NCBI GenBank assembly: GCA_021613535.1
Contig: CP075496.1
Location: forward strand, 14,384,001 to 14,448,000
DNA length: 64,000 bases
Origin: Adineta vaga
Lineage: Eukaryota > Animalia > Rotifera
Direction of reading: 5' to 3'
In this document: piece after piece, positions 13,144 through 27,654 of the stretch
How positions within the stretch are numbered: the first letter of the stretch is position 1
Layout of the letters: each line of letters begins with the position of its first letter
Translations under genes and position numbers: made by a program
Notes under the pieces: generated by a model
Database searches by the model: none
Told to the model about the DNA's origin: nothing
Seen by the model: only the letters and a program-made list of their open reading frames with translations

Positions 13144-14930
13144 TTTCTTCTTCTTCTTCTTTTTTTTGTTGTTATTGTTATTCAATTATTTGTGATAAAA
13201 AGAATGAAGAATTTCTCATAGAGATCGGATTGATATTTTCTTTTTCCTTGAAGTTTAACTGGTTTAGTTTGATCAAAGAAAGATATGAAAAAGAATAATT
13301 GATACTTTATTTAGATTATTTTTTCCTTCTCGTGTAAGAAAACAAGATTGATAAGAAGGATTTTCTTCTTGAAATAATAATAATAATTATTAATTAATTA
13401 AAAAGAAAAGATTTATTATGAATATTTGAAATATGAAAATGAAATCATTTTTCTTTCTTTCTTTCTTTCTATGATAAATAACTCACGTACTGATAAAACT
13501 TCCTATTCAACCATTATGATAGATAAATGAATGTGAAATAGTAAAAGGAAGTTAGTGTAAGAACGGAAGAAATCTCATTTGTAGACATTTTACAAGAGAA
13601 GAAGAACCTCTCTGTTTTTTTCATATTTGGAATATAAAAAAAACATCCGGAAACATGCAAATAGTCAAGATAATATTGACAAGATGTATGTGTTTTTATA
13701 TTCCTTATTTCTCGAATAAATCATTGATTTAATTAAATTAATTTTGCCCTCGATAAAATCAAATTATATTACAAGATTCACTTTTTGTCTCTTGAAAACT
13801 TATCAAAAAAAGAAAAGAAAGTCAAAAATGTTAAATAATCACATTGAATTAATATAATGTAACTTTTTCTTTTTGATAATTTCAAGATAATACATTTGAA
13901 AAATGACATTCACCTGCTAGTTATATCTTGACATTTTTCTTGATTAAAAATAAATATTTATTCTTTCTTTTTTTGCTAAAAAGAAAGTTTTATTTGAGAA
14001 TTTTCTTAGTTCGTTAACTCTAATCGTTTTGGTTTCTTTTGACATGTCGTTATTTTCTATATAAACAAAAAGAAAAAGAAGATTGTTAACAACAAGAGAC
14101 AATAATAGAAAATATTTTCTTCGTTTTAATCAGTAAAAGAAACTAAAGATATCACAATCGGTGAAATATCCAACTGACAGATATTTCTTTCGTCTCTGTT
14201 GACATTAATATATCAAATTCTTTCTTTTTTGTTTTGTTTCTTTTATCAATAAATGACACTACAGGGAAAACATCATCTTATCCAAAATATGTTTTCCTAA
14301 TCCATTGATAGAAATAGATTTTTCTTCTTAATCTATAGTTTATTATATTGAGTTCTTTTCAACATATTTCTCAGCAGGATGTTTTATAAATATAATTCCT
14401 TTTCTATCATTAAAACTAATTGAAGATGTGATCGAAAAATAGGCAACAGAGAATAAGGAATAAAGTAAGGTCATTAACATAAAACCATCACATATCATTA
14501 TGTTCTATTAAGTAGAAAACGACATCGAATAATAATGACAATAGATGTTTCTAAATAACACATTCTTATTATAATGTCTTTTCATTTTCCAGTTGATGAA
14601 AGAGTGTCTATATATGAACTTTAGAAGTCGAAGTGGAATAGAAAGAACGACAATAAGGGAAAGAGAGAGAGAGAGAGAGAGAGCGAAAGGCATGAATGAA
14701 AGAAAAAATGGGTTTCTTATTGTTCTGACAGTCGGTTTTTTTTCTCTTCTGTTAAGAAAGAGAAAAAGAGGAAGTAACGCACTCGTCATACTCTTGTATT
14801 TCTTTAACAAACATCGACACGCACATCGTTAGATCTATCTAAAGGTTCACACATTGATATTCTTAGATAATGTTTTCATTTTAAACGAACAATTTCTTAT
14901 TTAAAAAAAAATAAACAAAACTCATTGAAA

Positions 14931-16735
14931 ATGAATTGTACACAAGAATTTCAACGAACTAATTATTCATTTCGAATGTTAACTTATGCAATGGATGATG
15001 ATGCTGGTTCATGGTGGTGGTGGATCAATATTATCGGTAATAATAAAAACCTTTTTTTCTTTGTTTTCCTATAAAATAGAAAATAGAACGAAATGATTTG
15101 ACATTATTTTTATGATAATCATATCGTTGACCTTAGGAATAATAGATATTCTTGATTGTCAAAGAACAAAAAAGAAAAAAGAGAACAGCTTTTCGTATTA
15201 AAAAGTAAATGCAAATGTTTCTGTTTTTTTCAAAGGCAAATTAAAAGTTTTTATTCTTTTTTTTTCTTTTTAATACAATTAGTTAAAAAACAGTAGGAGA
15301 GTCTGTCATAGTAATTGACATTATTATTTCATTTAGTAGTGCCTCAAGCATATGCCAGGATATTCTAATCATCGAATAGAGAAAGAACATGTCTGTTTAA
15401 TACATGACATTAGATGTCTTAAAGAAAAGACAAAGCAGATTTATCACAAGAGAAGATTTCTTGTTTAAAAAAAGAAAACGAAATTTAATTTTAATAGGTA
15501 CATTGTGTTTTGGTTTAATTGGTTTAATTGGAAATTTAATATGTTTCTTGGTTGTTTGCCGTTTTGCTTTACCACAACATTCATTTGTTCAATATCTTCG
15601 TGCATTAGCCATTTTTGATTGTTTAACTTTATTATTTGAATGTTCACAATCATTAAATAATCTTCTTGTTTATTTATTTTCATTGAATATTTTAAATTTT
15701 CGTTCAACAATTATTTGTAAAATTTATGAATATTTCAATCATGTTTTTGTTTTACTTGCTTGTTGGACAATTGTTGGTTTAACATTTGATCGATTAATAT
15801 TATTATGTGATCCATGGGCAAAACAATGGCCAAATTTATCACGAAAAATTTGTAATTTACAATGTGCAAAACGAATTATTTATTTTTTAATTTTACTTTC
15901 ACTTATTATTAATATTCCACATTTAATTTATCAACAATGGATTTGTCGAAAATCAGGTTATCGTTATAGTGCAGCTTTTAGTGGAAAATTTGATATAAAT
16001 GAAACACAAAAAAGTAATTCAACAGATTATTTAACATGTCAATGTCGAATTTCACCATCTCATGAACATTTTACTGTTTTATTATTTGTTCAATGGAAAA
16101 TTTATGTTTTTCATCTTCTTTGTTATACACTTTTACCAGCTGTTATTCTTATTGCAAGTAATGCAGGTAAATAAGATAAAAAAGACATCTTTTCTTTGAT
16201 TTCTTTTCTTTTCTTTTCTTTTCAAGCAATTTTACAAGTTCTTCATGCACCTCGACAAATTGTTGGACAACAAAATGAACATCTTCGATCGAAATTAACT
16301 CGAACATTAACATCAGTTTCATTAATGTTTTTAATTTTATATTTTCCTCATGCAATTGTTGAAACTTTATCATTAATTTTAGTACCAAGTTTTAATTTAC
16401 GTTGTTCAATTCGTTCATTAATTATTATTCGTGTATTAAAACGTTTAAGTGAATTATTAAATATTGCTGCATTAGGAATTAATTTTTTCATCTATATCTT
16501 AGGTGTTAATCATTATCGTTCTGCAGCAATACAAATGTTAGGTTTACATCATTTTGATATGTTTTTACCTTATTTAACTGTTGAACATCGAAATTCAATT
16601 GGTTCATTAGCATTACATACGAATTCAAATCAACGACGAAATACTCAACCAGATGGTTCAAGTATTCGATTATTAAAAATGGTAAATAATGGAAGTCCTT
16701 CTTCATCAGGATATAAATCACGTTTATCAAGATGA
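14931..16735 (+). CDS. Class A (rhodopsin-like) GPCR, peptide-receptor type; 3 exons
   Basis: GLIGN (TM1), LAIFD (TM2), FDRL (DRY equivalent), NIPH (TM4), YFP (TM6) and INFFIY (TM7). Exon 1 MNCTQEF...WWWWINIIG starts at 14931. Confidence 0.85.
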
Positions 16736-19150
16736 TTTATCCTTCGTCAATTTTTTTTCTTTTCCTGTGATATTTTCCTTCTTTTTGTGGAACTCACACA
16801 TATTTTTTTCAAAGAAAAATAAGTGAGCGTCAATTTTAAGTCGAGAAATTTTGTATCCCTCCCTTCCCTTCACTACAGACAAGGCACCGTTCATGGTGCT
16901 TGCGAATCAACACTCACCTCCCCCATCTTCCGTTACAGAGAGAATTTCATTATACGCATAACCCAGTTTCAAGCAAAACCTTATTACGTGCACGTTATTA
17001 TCGCAAATAGACTATGTGAGTTTCACGTTTTAGTCCCAAAGGGGCTGCATTGAAAAGCTTTTTTTTCTTTTTCTCTTTTAATAAATTAGAAATTGAATTT
17101 AACATTAACAATTGATATTTGTTTCTTTCTTTCATATGGAAGAACAAAAGGCATTCTGAATAAATTCTATTTGAGTTGAAATTTACTAATTATATGACAA
17201 CAAAACATAGTTTATAATAATTTTTTTTAATGAATACTTTTCATTTCGAACATTATAATTAGTCTAAAAGATAATTTGAACTTTGTTTTTAATGTTTTTT
17301 CATAAAATTCATTTTCTAAAAATAATTTTGACAATGTTTCATTTCTTCACGTGGTCACGTCTGTTTTCTCAGTCAGATAGAATTTCTATTGAATCTTGTT
17401 TTGAAAAGAAAAAGAAATAATTGAGGATGTTTGTGACATTTCATGTGTTTTCAAATTGATTCAATAGAAAATATTCTAAAAGACTTTTCTTTTGAATTAA
17501 ATAATCTTTCAAGGAAATCAATTTTGTATTTCTTTAACTTATCTTTGATTGGAGAAAAAAGTGATTTTATATTTATTAAAAATGACAGATATATCTTTGA
17601 AAGAACTATTCTCACGAAATCAATCAATCAAATCTTTTATTTCATATTTAATGAAATAATGACATTTCATTATTATTCTTTAAACTTCTTAGAATTCTTT
17701 CTAATCAATAATCACTTTTCATTTATTATTTATCAAAAGAAAACTTTATTAATTATTCAAGAAATTTTTCAAATTATATCAAATGAATTGATAATAAATC
17801 ATCTCATGATTGAACAACAAATCAGATAAGGATATTGAAATATCATTTCAAGAAGATTTATATTCTTTTTCAAAATAGATAATCAAATTTACTCGTTTAT
17901 CTTTCCTATACTTTGACAAAAAAAGATAAAAAATCTTTCAGGTATTTAACAGTAAACAAATTCTTTTCGTCATTTGTTTATTCTTTGATTTAATCAACCA
18001 AAAATAAATTTGAGTTTAAAGATAGAATAGAGAAAAAGAAAAGACTAAGATTTACTATATGATCATCTTTGTAAAAGAAGATTTCTTTTCAGACATATTA
18101 GAGACAAAAGAAATATAAAAATAGAAATGTACTATTGCGAAGGTTATTTTTCACACTTGATTTATATTCAATCAAGAGAGTTTCGTAACCAAATGGATTT
18201 GATCTACGTAATGATCGTAGGCGAAATGGTTCAATCAAGCAAATCTTATGTCTAAAAAATAATCTGAATAAATAATAATATTATAATAAAATCAGTATTT
18301 TGTATTCTATCCTTTTTCTTCTTTAGATGAGTCTATATGTCACTATTTTGTATGAGAACAATATGATATATGATATGAATAAATAGAAGAAAGCGTCTAA
18401 GTTCATCAGTCCTCGAACTTCTTCTATTGAAAATTGTCATAAATAATGATTTTAGTCAATAAAATCTAAATGAAACAAAAGTTGTAATTATACAATAAAT
18501 AACTATAATTAAAGAAAAAGAGAAAAACAACTTAATTTTCTGGGTCAAAGAAGAAGAGGAGAAAAAAACCAAAAATACAATTAAGAAAATGAAACAACGT
18601 AATAGAAGAAGATTATCATATTCTTGCATGATAATCAATAGAACAATATATATAATCCAGAGAAAAGTAACAACCATTGACACTAATAATATTGATCATA
18701 TTTTCAGTGGCATATCGTGTGTGTCAAGGGCAGAAGGGAGGAGCAGGACAAAGTTTTGTTAACATTGCTTCTTTTATCTTTTACCATAATATAAAAACGC
18801 AACAAATTGATGTTAATAACTTTTTCTTTATTTTTCCTATACGATCAGCGACATTTATTGTTCTTTTGAACGCAAAATGAATGATATGATTTTTTTTCTC
18901 CTCTTACTTGTAACATAGAGACATCTATCGTAAAAACGAAATAAAATTATATTTTTTAATTGAATTGAATTTTCGATGAATAATTTCAATAAAACTTTTC
19001 TAAAATTATTTGAATTTTTTTCAAAATAAAATATAAATGAATAATCATTGGTTGAAAAATTCACCTTTTACAAAAAAATATTACAATGGGAAAAGAAGAA
19101 AAGCTTGTTAAATAAAAAAGAAGACACTTATTTATTTTCTTCTTCCTAGA

Positions 19151-20628
19151 ATGGTAACAAATACAAATAATTCATCAAATGAATTAATTCAATTACCATC
19201 GGAATTAATCGAAATTGTTTGGGCAAATGATATTGAATTATCAATATTTGAACGTTGGTCACAATCATTTCAATTTTCAACTGATGAACCATCAGCTTTA
19301 ATTCAACATGAAGGTGGACCATGTTCTGTTTTAACAACAGTTCAAGCACATTTATTAAATGAATTAATATTTTGTTCTCGTTGTAATCAAAATTGGCGTC
19401 AAGCATCATCAGATGAAATTGATCTACATTTTTTAAATGCACTTGTATCAATTCTTCATCTTTTATCTTCAACAAATAAGAAAATCTATTTAGCCAATTA
19501 TTCTAATGAGAAAAAGATTTCATCAATAAAAGAATTTCATGAACAAATTCAATTTTCTTTATGTCAATCAAATATTGATTTAAAACAACAAATTTTCTCA
19601 CGTCTTCATATGTGGAAAAGTTCTTATGGTGTTTTACTTTTTCTTTATTCATGTTTAATGACAAAAACAATTGATTTATTAAAAAAAGAAATCGATGATG
19701 AAACAACATTACCATTAATTGATATTGCACATGGACATGGAAGTCAATGTTTAACGAATTTATTAATTACAGGATTTGCTACTCCACATTGTTTTGATGG
19801 AGATAAAGATATTTCAGGTTTAAAATTATATGGAATTCATCAACAAGCTTCAATTGGTTTTTTATCATCATTGGAAATTTATCGTTTATTAGAAGTTGGA
19901 TGGTTTTTAAAGAATCCGAAAAGTCCTATTTGGATTTTAGGATCTGAAACACATTTAACTGTTATTTTTTCAAGAGAACAAGCTTTAGTTGAACAAGATA
20001 ATGAAACACCAATGAAAAAAGCATTGAAAAGTATTAGAATTTTCTTTAAATTGAGAATTAATTGAAAATTCTTTTTCTTTTTTTTTAGTATTTCATAAAT
20101 ATGATACAGAAAAGAATGGTTTTATATCAAATTCACTTCTTGATCAAGTTATTACTGAAATAATTCAATTATCAATATTAACAACAGCAATTCCATCAAT
20201 AAATCAATTAAAACAACGAATGGATCCTGATAATTTACAAATTATAACTGAATCTTCATTTCTTCAAGAATTATTTTCTCAAGAAAAACATTTAAATTCT
20301 TCCAATGAACAATTTGGTCCATTAAATGGTAAACCATTTATTCTTTATCATTATAATGGTCTACCAAGATCAAATAAAGATAAAAAAGTTCGTTATGCTT
20401 CTTGTCAAGCTATTATATCAGATTTTGGTTATGGAAATGATACACCTGCTTCAGCTGTTGCTCCTGTTCAACCAGGTTAGAATTTATTTCATTTCTTTTT
20501 TTTTTGATTCAATTTATTTTTCGTTTGATTTCAAAGGAAGTTATTTACCAATAACAGGTGTTTTAAGAACAAAATGGCCAACAATTGAATTGCAATGGGA
20601 TGATGATGTTAAACCATCTTTGAATTAA
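19151..20628 (+). CDS. MINDY3: MINDY-family deubiquitinase 3 (FAM188A)
   Basis: Catalytic QHEGGPCSVL, HGHGSQCLTNLL, LKNPKSPIWILGSETHLTV, EF-hand-like YDTEKNGFIS, HYNGL and LRTKWP. Confidence 0.92.
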
Positions 20629-21389
20629 TTTATAAACTTTGTTTAAAATCAAGAGATTATATTTCGTTTATTGTCAAACGTTCTCTTTTTTAATCTATAA
20701 GATAAATCATTATGACGTTTTCTCTTCTTTTTTCATATTCAACTCATTTTTTTTAAATAAGAAAATCAATGGACTTTTCAGTTCAGCTTTTCCTCATAGG
20801 ATATAAAAATTCGACAAAGACAAGTGTTCAGAATTCGTTTTATCTTCTGGAGTTTTAGTACATACGCCATGAATAGAATATCTTTAGAAGAAAAAAGTCT
20901 TTTGATTTCAATGACAAAAAATTCTATATAAAAGAAATCTTTTATTTCACTACGATCTATCTTATACGAAGTCATCGATTTGAAAAGTATTTTATCCGTT
21001 CTTTCTAATCAAGAATATCAATGATGAGAAAAATATTACATTTGTTTTATTTCATAAAAATATCTTTTCTTGATTTTAGATAAAAAAAAAATATAATCGA
21101 CATTTACGTTTCATTGAATAAGCTGATCTTTATTGTTGTAAGTACATTTCTTTGATCGAGATAAGAATAATCTAGTCAATAGCCAAAACAAATCGACTAA
21201 AATTCTCGACTGATTTCTACATGACGAAAAAAAAACAACGAAATTATTTAAGGAGAAAAGAGAAGAACATAAAAGAATGTAATGTACTCGTGACCTTAGT
21301 TTATTCGTCTCAAATAGTAGAATCAAACACGACGAAAAGAATAGAATAAATATTGATTTTATTTTAGAAAATGTCCTTGTAATTAAATA

Positions 21390-24174
21390 ATGAATTCATC
21401 CAATTCCAAATCAAAACGAACACTTTCAAAGTAGAATTTTCCGAAGAAAAAATAAATAAATTTATGATTTTTTGGTTTCTAGTGAAGATGCAAAACGATC
21501 ATCATCGAAAAGGTTTAGAAGAATATTTTTTTCTCTTTCTAATAAAGAAAAACTAATTGAATTTGTTTATTTTTAAAGAAAATTTCGCAATGAAAATGAA
21601 AAACGTCGTCGTGATTTATTTAGTCAATTGATTATTAATCTAGAAAATATTCTTAATATTGAAAAAAGTTCATCATCAACTGAACAAACAAATAAATTAG
21701 ATAAAGCATCAATTTTACGTGAAACAGCAATTTATTTAAGAAAACATCAAGAACGTAATGAAAACAAATCATTTTTTTCTAAAAAATCAGAAGAAAGATC
21801 TTTAATTTATTTATTTAAGATTTAACACATGAAATTAATTTTTCAAAAATGAATTCTCAAACAACAAATGATGAATCATTGGATATTTCATGGCAACCAC
21901 CAACAAATTTAGTTTCAAATGAAGAATGGATTCAAACAACAATTGAAGTAAATAATTCTTTTCTTTAACTTCAATTTTAATCTTTTTTCTTTTAGTCAAT
22001 GAATTGTTTTTTTCTTGTGGCAAAATCCGATCCACATAATGGACAAATTGTTTATGTTTCAAGAAATATTAGTTCATTACTTGATTATTCTCAAGTAAAT
22101 TATATTGAATTTTCTAAAAAAAACAATTTGAGAATGAACGGCATATATTCATCGTCTATCTAATAAATAGTTAATGATTAGTTGAGAGAGATATTCCAAC
22201 TGTTCACTCGACTTATAGGCGAAGTATGCGCCCTAAGTCGAGTGAACATTTGGGATACCTCCCTCGTAAGTTTTTCGGATAGGCGACGATGATAAATTTT
22301 CAATTGTAGAGAAAAGATTTGTTTGATAAATTTTAGAATGAATTATTAAATCGTTCATTATTTGAATTAATTCTTCCACGTGATCATGATCAATTACGTG
22401 ATTACCTTTTAAAAGATCATAAAGGTTTGAAAAAAAAACCTTATTATTTTATTATTTTTTTGTTAAATTAGTTCTTGAAAAATGTCATTTATCATGGAGA
22501 AGAGCAACAGTTGATGAATATGAACAATGTACAATCATTGGAGCATTTCGACAAAGTGAAAATTCGTTTCTTTTGCTTTTTAAAATAACAAATAATTTCA
22601 TTTTATTTTTAGTTAAAAAAAAAGATGAAGAAACCGATGAAAAATATTTAATGTCAATTGTTCAAGTAAATACATTAGATCGTTCATTAACAATAACAAA
22701 TGATAATTCAATAAATGAATTTACAATTCGTTTAAATCTTCAAGGACGATTTATTCATGTTGATACAAAGTTTGTTTTATATAAACATTTTATTTTTTTC
22801 TTTCTTATCTTCATTGATTTTCTATTGAAGTGCTCGACACTATCTTGGTTATAGTTCCTATGAATTAATTGGTCATACATTTTTTAATTTTGTTCATCCA
22901 GATGATTTACCAATTATTGTTCGAGCACAACAATTATGTTTGTTTTCAAGAATTTATCTTTTTTTTGTTTGTTTTATAAGATGAATTGTTTTTAGGGAAA
23001 GAAACTGGAAATGGTAAAAGTGATCCATATCGATTTTTAAGTAAAGGACAACAATGGCTTTTTCTTCAAACACATTGTCAAGCACAAATTAATTCGTGGA
23101 CGGGAAAACCTGAATCTTATCTTTGTATTACAACTCCTTTACAAAAGTTGATTAAACATATTTTCTTTTCATTCTAAAACCAATCGTTTGTGTTTTTCTT
23201 AGTTCAACGGATTTTCTTCAAAAAAATCCATCAAATAAATCCTTATCTTCTCAAATGCTGAGCACTTCTGGTAAATCAAAACAATATTTTAATTTCCATG
23301 TGATATTTCTTCTTTAAAATATTTAGTTCAATCTCCACTCACGACGAATACTGTTGTACTTTTAAATTCTCCTGGACCAATCTTTTCACCTGAAAGTCAA
23401 ATAACAGTAGGAATTGAATGTGAAAATAAACTTAAAAAACGAAAATATTTTTTTTTAGTCATTTTTATCTCAACTTGATAATGATTCATATCGAATAAAT
23501 ATGAAAGAGAAATTAAATGAACGTCGTTTATGTAAACAAGCAGAAATTCGTGTAAGAGAAGAAGAAATTAATGTTATTGAAGATCTTATTCAATTTATTA
23601 ATGAACATGAAACAAAACGTTTGATAAAATCATCAACAACAACAAATACTACGGGATATCATTCAACAACAATATCTTCATCAAATCAACAAGGTTTTTA
23701 TTTTCTATTTTTTAAGATAAATAAAATCAAAGTTTTCTTTTCTCTTTAGAACCAATAAATGTATTAGAAAATCGTTGTGATCCATTGATAATTCAATTAT
23801 CATCAATTGAAGATTCATCTTCTCGTTCAACAATAAATGTTTTACAAAAAGATGAACCAATAATCGATCCATTATTATCTTCAGGATTATTTTCTCCTCA
23901 ACAAGAACCATTTAGTATATCATCACCAACAACACCATTTTCTAATCCATCACGTCCTTCTCCAATAACTTCCTTACCATTATCAGTATCTCCAACTCCA
24001 TCATCACCATTTCCTACTTCAACAAATGAAATCAATAGTATGATTCCATTATCAACATCATCACCATCATCTTCTTCATCATCGGCAGCAACAAATACAA
24101 ATCCTATACCAACAGATCAAAATCGAAGAAAATCTTCTTTTAATCGTTCATTACCACATAGTCTTGTTTCATAA
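21390..24174 (+). CDS. CLOCK: CLOCK/NPAS2-like bHLH-PAS transcription factor; multi-exon
   Basis: bHLH RNENEKRRRDLF...KLDKASIL and PAS-B/PAC GKSDPYRFLSKGQQWLFLQTH...W.GKPE. The coiled coil LNERRLCKQAEIRVREEEI resembles the CLOCK exon-19 region. Confidence 0.78.
22150..22292. repeat. Intronic foldback hairpin / small MITE-like insert in the CLOCK-like gene
   Basis: Perfect 15-bp inverted pair TGTTCACTCGACTTA / TAAGTCGAGTGAACA with imperfect outer arms. Confidence 0.7.
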
Positions 24175-26038
24175 TTATCATTTTGTATATAATTAACCTT
24201 TTCTTTTCTTTTCTTTTTTTGTTTTTGTTTCCTTTCTTGTTAAATAAACAACGATTTATCAACTATTATCGAAGAATTATTTCATTTCTTTCATTGATTT
24301 AAAAACGAAAGAGAATAGATCGGTGAAACAGTGAAAATAAACAAAGATGTTCTCATAGAATTACGTAAGAGAGTGCAAAATAAAGGTCAACAGGAACTCT
24401 TTTGCCTATTTTAACCTTAAAATTGACCTTATATGACGAAAAGAAACGAAAAAAAGAGTAGAATATTCATTTTATATTTCTATATATGATAAAAATAGTG
24501 AAACATAGAAAAGTATGATGAATGTCATATAAAAATACTAATATTTTTCTTTCCGTAATATAATTCTAAGTAAATATAATTGAAGAAAAACAACTATTCG
24601 ATAATAATGATATAATCAAGCCATAGAAAAAGTTTCGTTTAAAAAAACAAATTTAAACTTTTCTTTTCTTTTTTCTTTTAATCGAAATGATAATTATCGT
24701 TCTCGAAGGTCTGTCAAAAGAACAACACTTAATGTCAATGAATTGATATATGTAGAAGTGTTGGCGTCATTCTTCAACATTGTTTAATTGAATTGAATAG
24801 AAAAGAAATCTTCTTTCTTTTTCTTTTTTTATCAACAACATCATTTCTATATGAATCAGATTTTTCTTTTATCGTGATGTTATTCAGTACAATTTCAAGA
24901 ACAATAGAACTGCAATGATGCATAAATATTAATATAAATATAATTTGATCATTGAAAGAATAAAATATTTCACCGTATGATATTCTTTTTATAGAAAATA
25001 ATGTGTTTATCGGTATATTTAGAAAAGTGTTTTAATCTTTTCATCATCTTTGTTGTTGATTTAGTTTTGTTTTCGTAGAATTCCATGGAACTGTTGATGG
25101 AGGGTAAAAGTTCTTGTTGTTTTCATTTTATTGAATTATTTTAGACCAATTCGAAGTGAACCTCGTGGAATAAGATAATTTCTATTTGTATTTTTTTTTG
25201 AAAAAAACAAAATAAATATGAATTTTGATCGCGTGATTTCAAGTTGTTAACAATTTTTTTTATGACAATCTTAAGAAGGTGAGAAATTGGTGTCATATGT
25301 GATTTCTCATTTCTAAATGAACAAACATCTGTCGAAAGCGAGAGAGACAGACAGATTCAATATGAAATTGACAATATATTCATTGTAACAAATCAATATT
25401 TATATCAGACTTTGTTTCATTGACAGAGAAGAAAAAAAACAACGACGACGGTCAATTAAGAAAAGTTGTTTATCTATCAAACTGTATGTGTGTTATATGT
25501 TCGTTAGTTTAGTATAGAAATCTAATCGATACCGACCGACATTGATCATGTATGACATGATCAGAAGAAAAAAGAAAATCATGGTGACAATATTGATTGA
25601 TCGATGTTATACTATATTGTCTTTATACACACATTCGAACAATGTAATTCGACACGCGAATATAATTCAATGTTTGTTCATTTCCTTTTTTCACACTTCG
25701 ATTTTTCTAAAGAAATGAAACAATTTCAGTATTTTATGATGAAAATCTCGTTTGAAAAAGAAGACATTGGTACAATTGCTAATCGAATGATGTCATTTGT
25801 TTTGATTTGATTTGAATATTATTATTGTTGTTGAACATATGTTTAGATTGTTCAATGTTTCTTTCGATTCAATGAATATTCAAGTGGATAATTGTTCTAG
25901 TCGATCACCATCACTATGTCATTTGATTAAATCATAAGAGATCGTTGTTGTTTCTTTTTGACGCCTATTTCAAGTTTTCATTTGAGATTTGAAAGTTTAT
26001 TTTTTATTTAAAAAGAAAAGAAAGAAAAAGAACGCGAA

Positions 26039-26287
26039 TTACAAAAACCAAATTTGAAATGATGAATGTCTTTGTTTTCGAATATTTTTATAGAAAAGTC
26101 GATGATAATCAATTTGATGAATTTGTTTTTTCTTTTTTTTCTTCTTTCTTAAACGTTGATTTAAAGGAAGTTTTTGAGATAATTTCGGTGTTGATGTTCG
26201 TGGTTGACAAGTTGAATCTTCTTTTCGTATAGGAGTACTTGCACGATCCATTGGACGATGTATCCACATATCATTGAGATATTCCAT
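26039..26287 (-). CDS. Possible small basic protein (82 aa, poly-Lys)
   Basis: Single ORF with coding-like composition, two STP motifs and a Lys run. No recognised family. Confidence 0.4.
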   Translation of the reverse strand: MEYLNDMWIHRPMDRASTPIRKEDSTCQPRTSTPKLSQKLPLNQRLRKKKKKKKQIHQIDYHRLFYKNIRKQRHSSFQIWFL

Positions 26288-27654
26288 CAGTTGAACAATT
26301 TAATCAAATGAAGAATAAGATGAACGATTTTATTTCTTTTCTTTTCTGTTTTTTTTTCGTTCAGAAAATGTTTGTATTGGAGAAAAAGAAATGAACCAAT
26401 GAAAAGACGAAATATTTTTCTTATCTCTCCACATAGCAATGACATTCTCATGTGTCATTTCATTTCTCACATTAACTTCTTTTCTTTTTCGTTTTGTTAG
26501 AAGAAAGACAAATCAACATAATTACATTCTCGTGCTCATCAGAGATAAAAAAATATAAAATATTTTTATGAACAATTATCTCAACGATTTGCAAATTATA
26601 TTCTCAATTTTTTCGTATTTTAAATATCAAATTCAAATCATTAGATAAAATGACATCAATTAGTCATTATTCAGATTTAGAATAATGATAGAACTCTACG
26701 AAACTTAACAAAGTAAATCTATACTGTGTCAATGATTCGTTTTGAAAGATTATTTAATTGAAAATGACGTATCGATCATTTAAATTCTTCTTAGTGTGAA
26801 ATTGTTTCAATTAGATTCTGATTAAAAGATAGAGATACTAATTTTAAGAAATCATCTTGCTAATGATCGATATGAGTTACGTCAAATCAATGTAATTAAA
26901 ACTGCAGGTTAAAATTCAACTGTTTCATGACAATTAAAATAATGTGTAAAAGAGGGTGTGGTAACATAAGGTATATCGATTCATTTTTTATGTTCAAATG
27001 ACCAACAACAAAACAGAGACGGAAAATATTCTCAAGTGGCTAATCTTCTCGACAATTCTTTGATCAATACGGTTAACGTTCAACCATTGACAATTAATGA
27101 GCTCTAAACACACACACTATTTAATTCACCTTTTGTTTGCACACTATGATGGTGATGATGATGATGATCATCAAAAAGACTAACCTAATCATCCATAGAC
27201 AGAAAAAGAGAAAGATCAATGAATAAATGAATTCGACTTGTTTTTGTTGTTTTTCATTGTAGAAAATGTTTTTGAGTAAGATTTATTTTTAAAAAGAAAA
27301 ATGCTTTAGGCGTGAAATGATTTCCATTAGGAAGAACGAAAACATGTTTTAATTGTATCTGTTTATTTATCATTCGACACGTTCGGAATTTCCGTTTGTT
27401 GTTACTTTTGTTTTTTATTGACATAAATAGTTCATCGATCAAGCGAAATTTCAATATTAACTTTTCTATCATCACATTTGCTATTCGAAGAAAAAAACAA
27501 AGACTTTTGATATTTACTAAAGATTAGTCATCACTGAACTTTTCTCTTCTTCTTCTTCTTCTTCTTACTCGACAAAGATTAGTTATTCAACATATCATCG
27601 TTCTTTCTTTTACACCATTACTTTTATTCTTTTCAAAAAGATATTTTCTGAAAT

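Noticed and set aside
14508-14832. Overlapping ORFs upstream of the GPCR
   Set aside because: They derive from a GA microsatellite and low-complexity promoter DNA.
16820-17053. GC-richer segment and 76-aa ORF after the GPCR
   Set aside because: It is likely a repeat remnant, with no TIR, TSD or domain identified.
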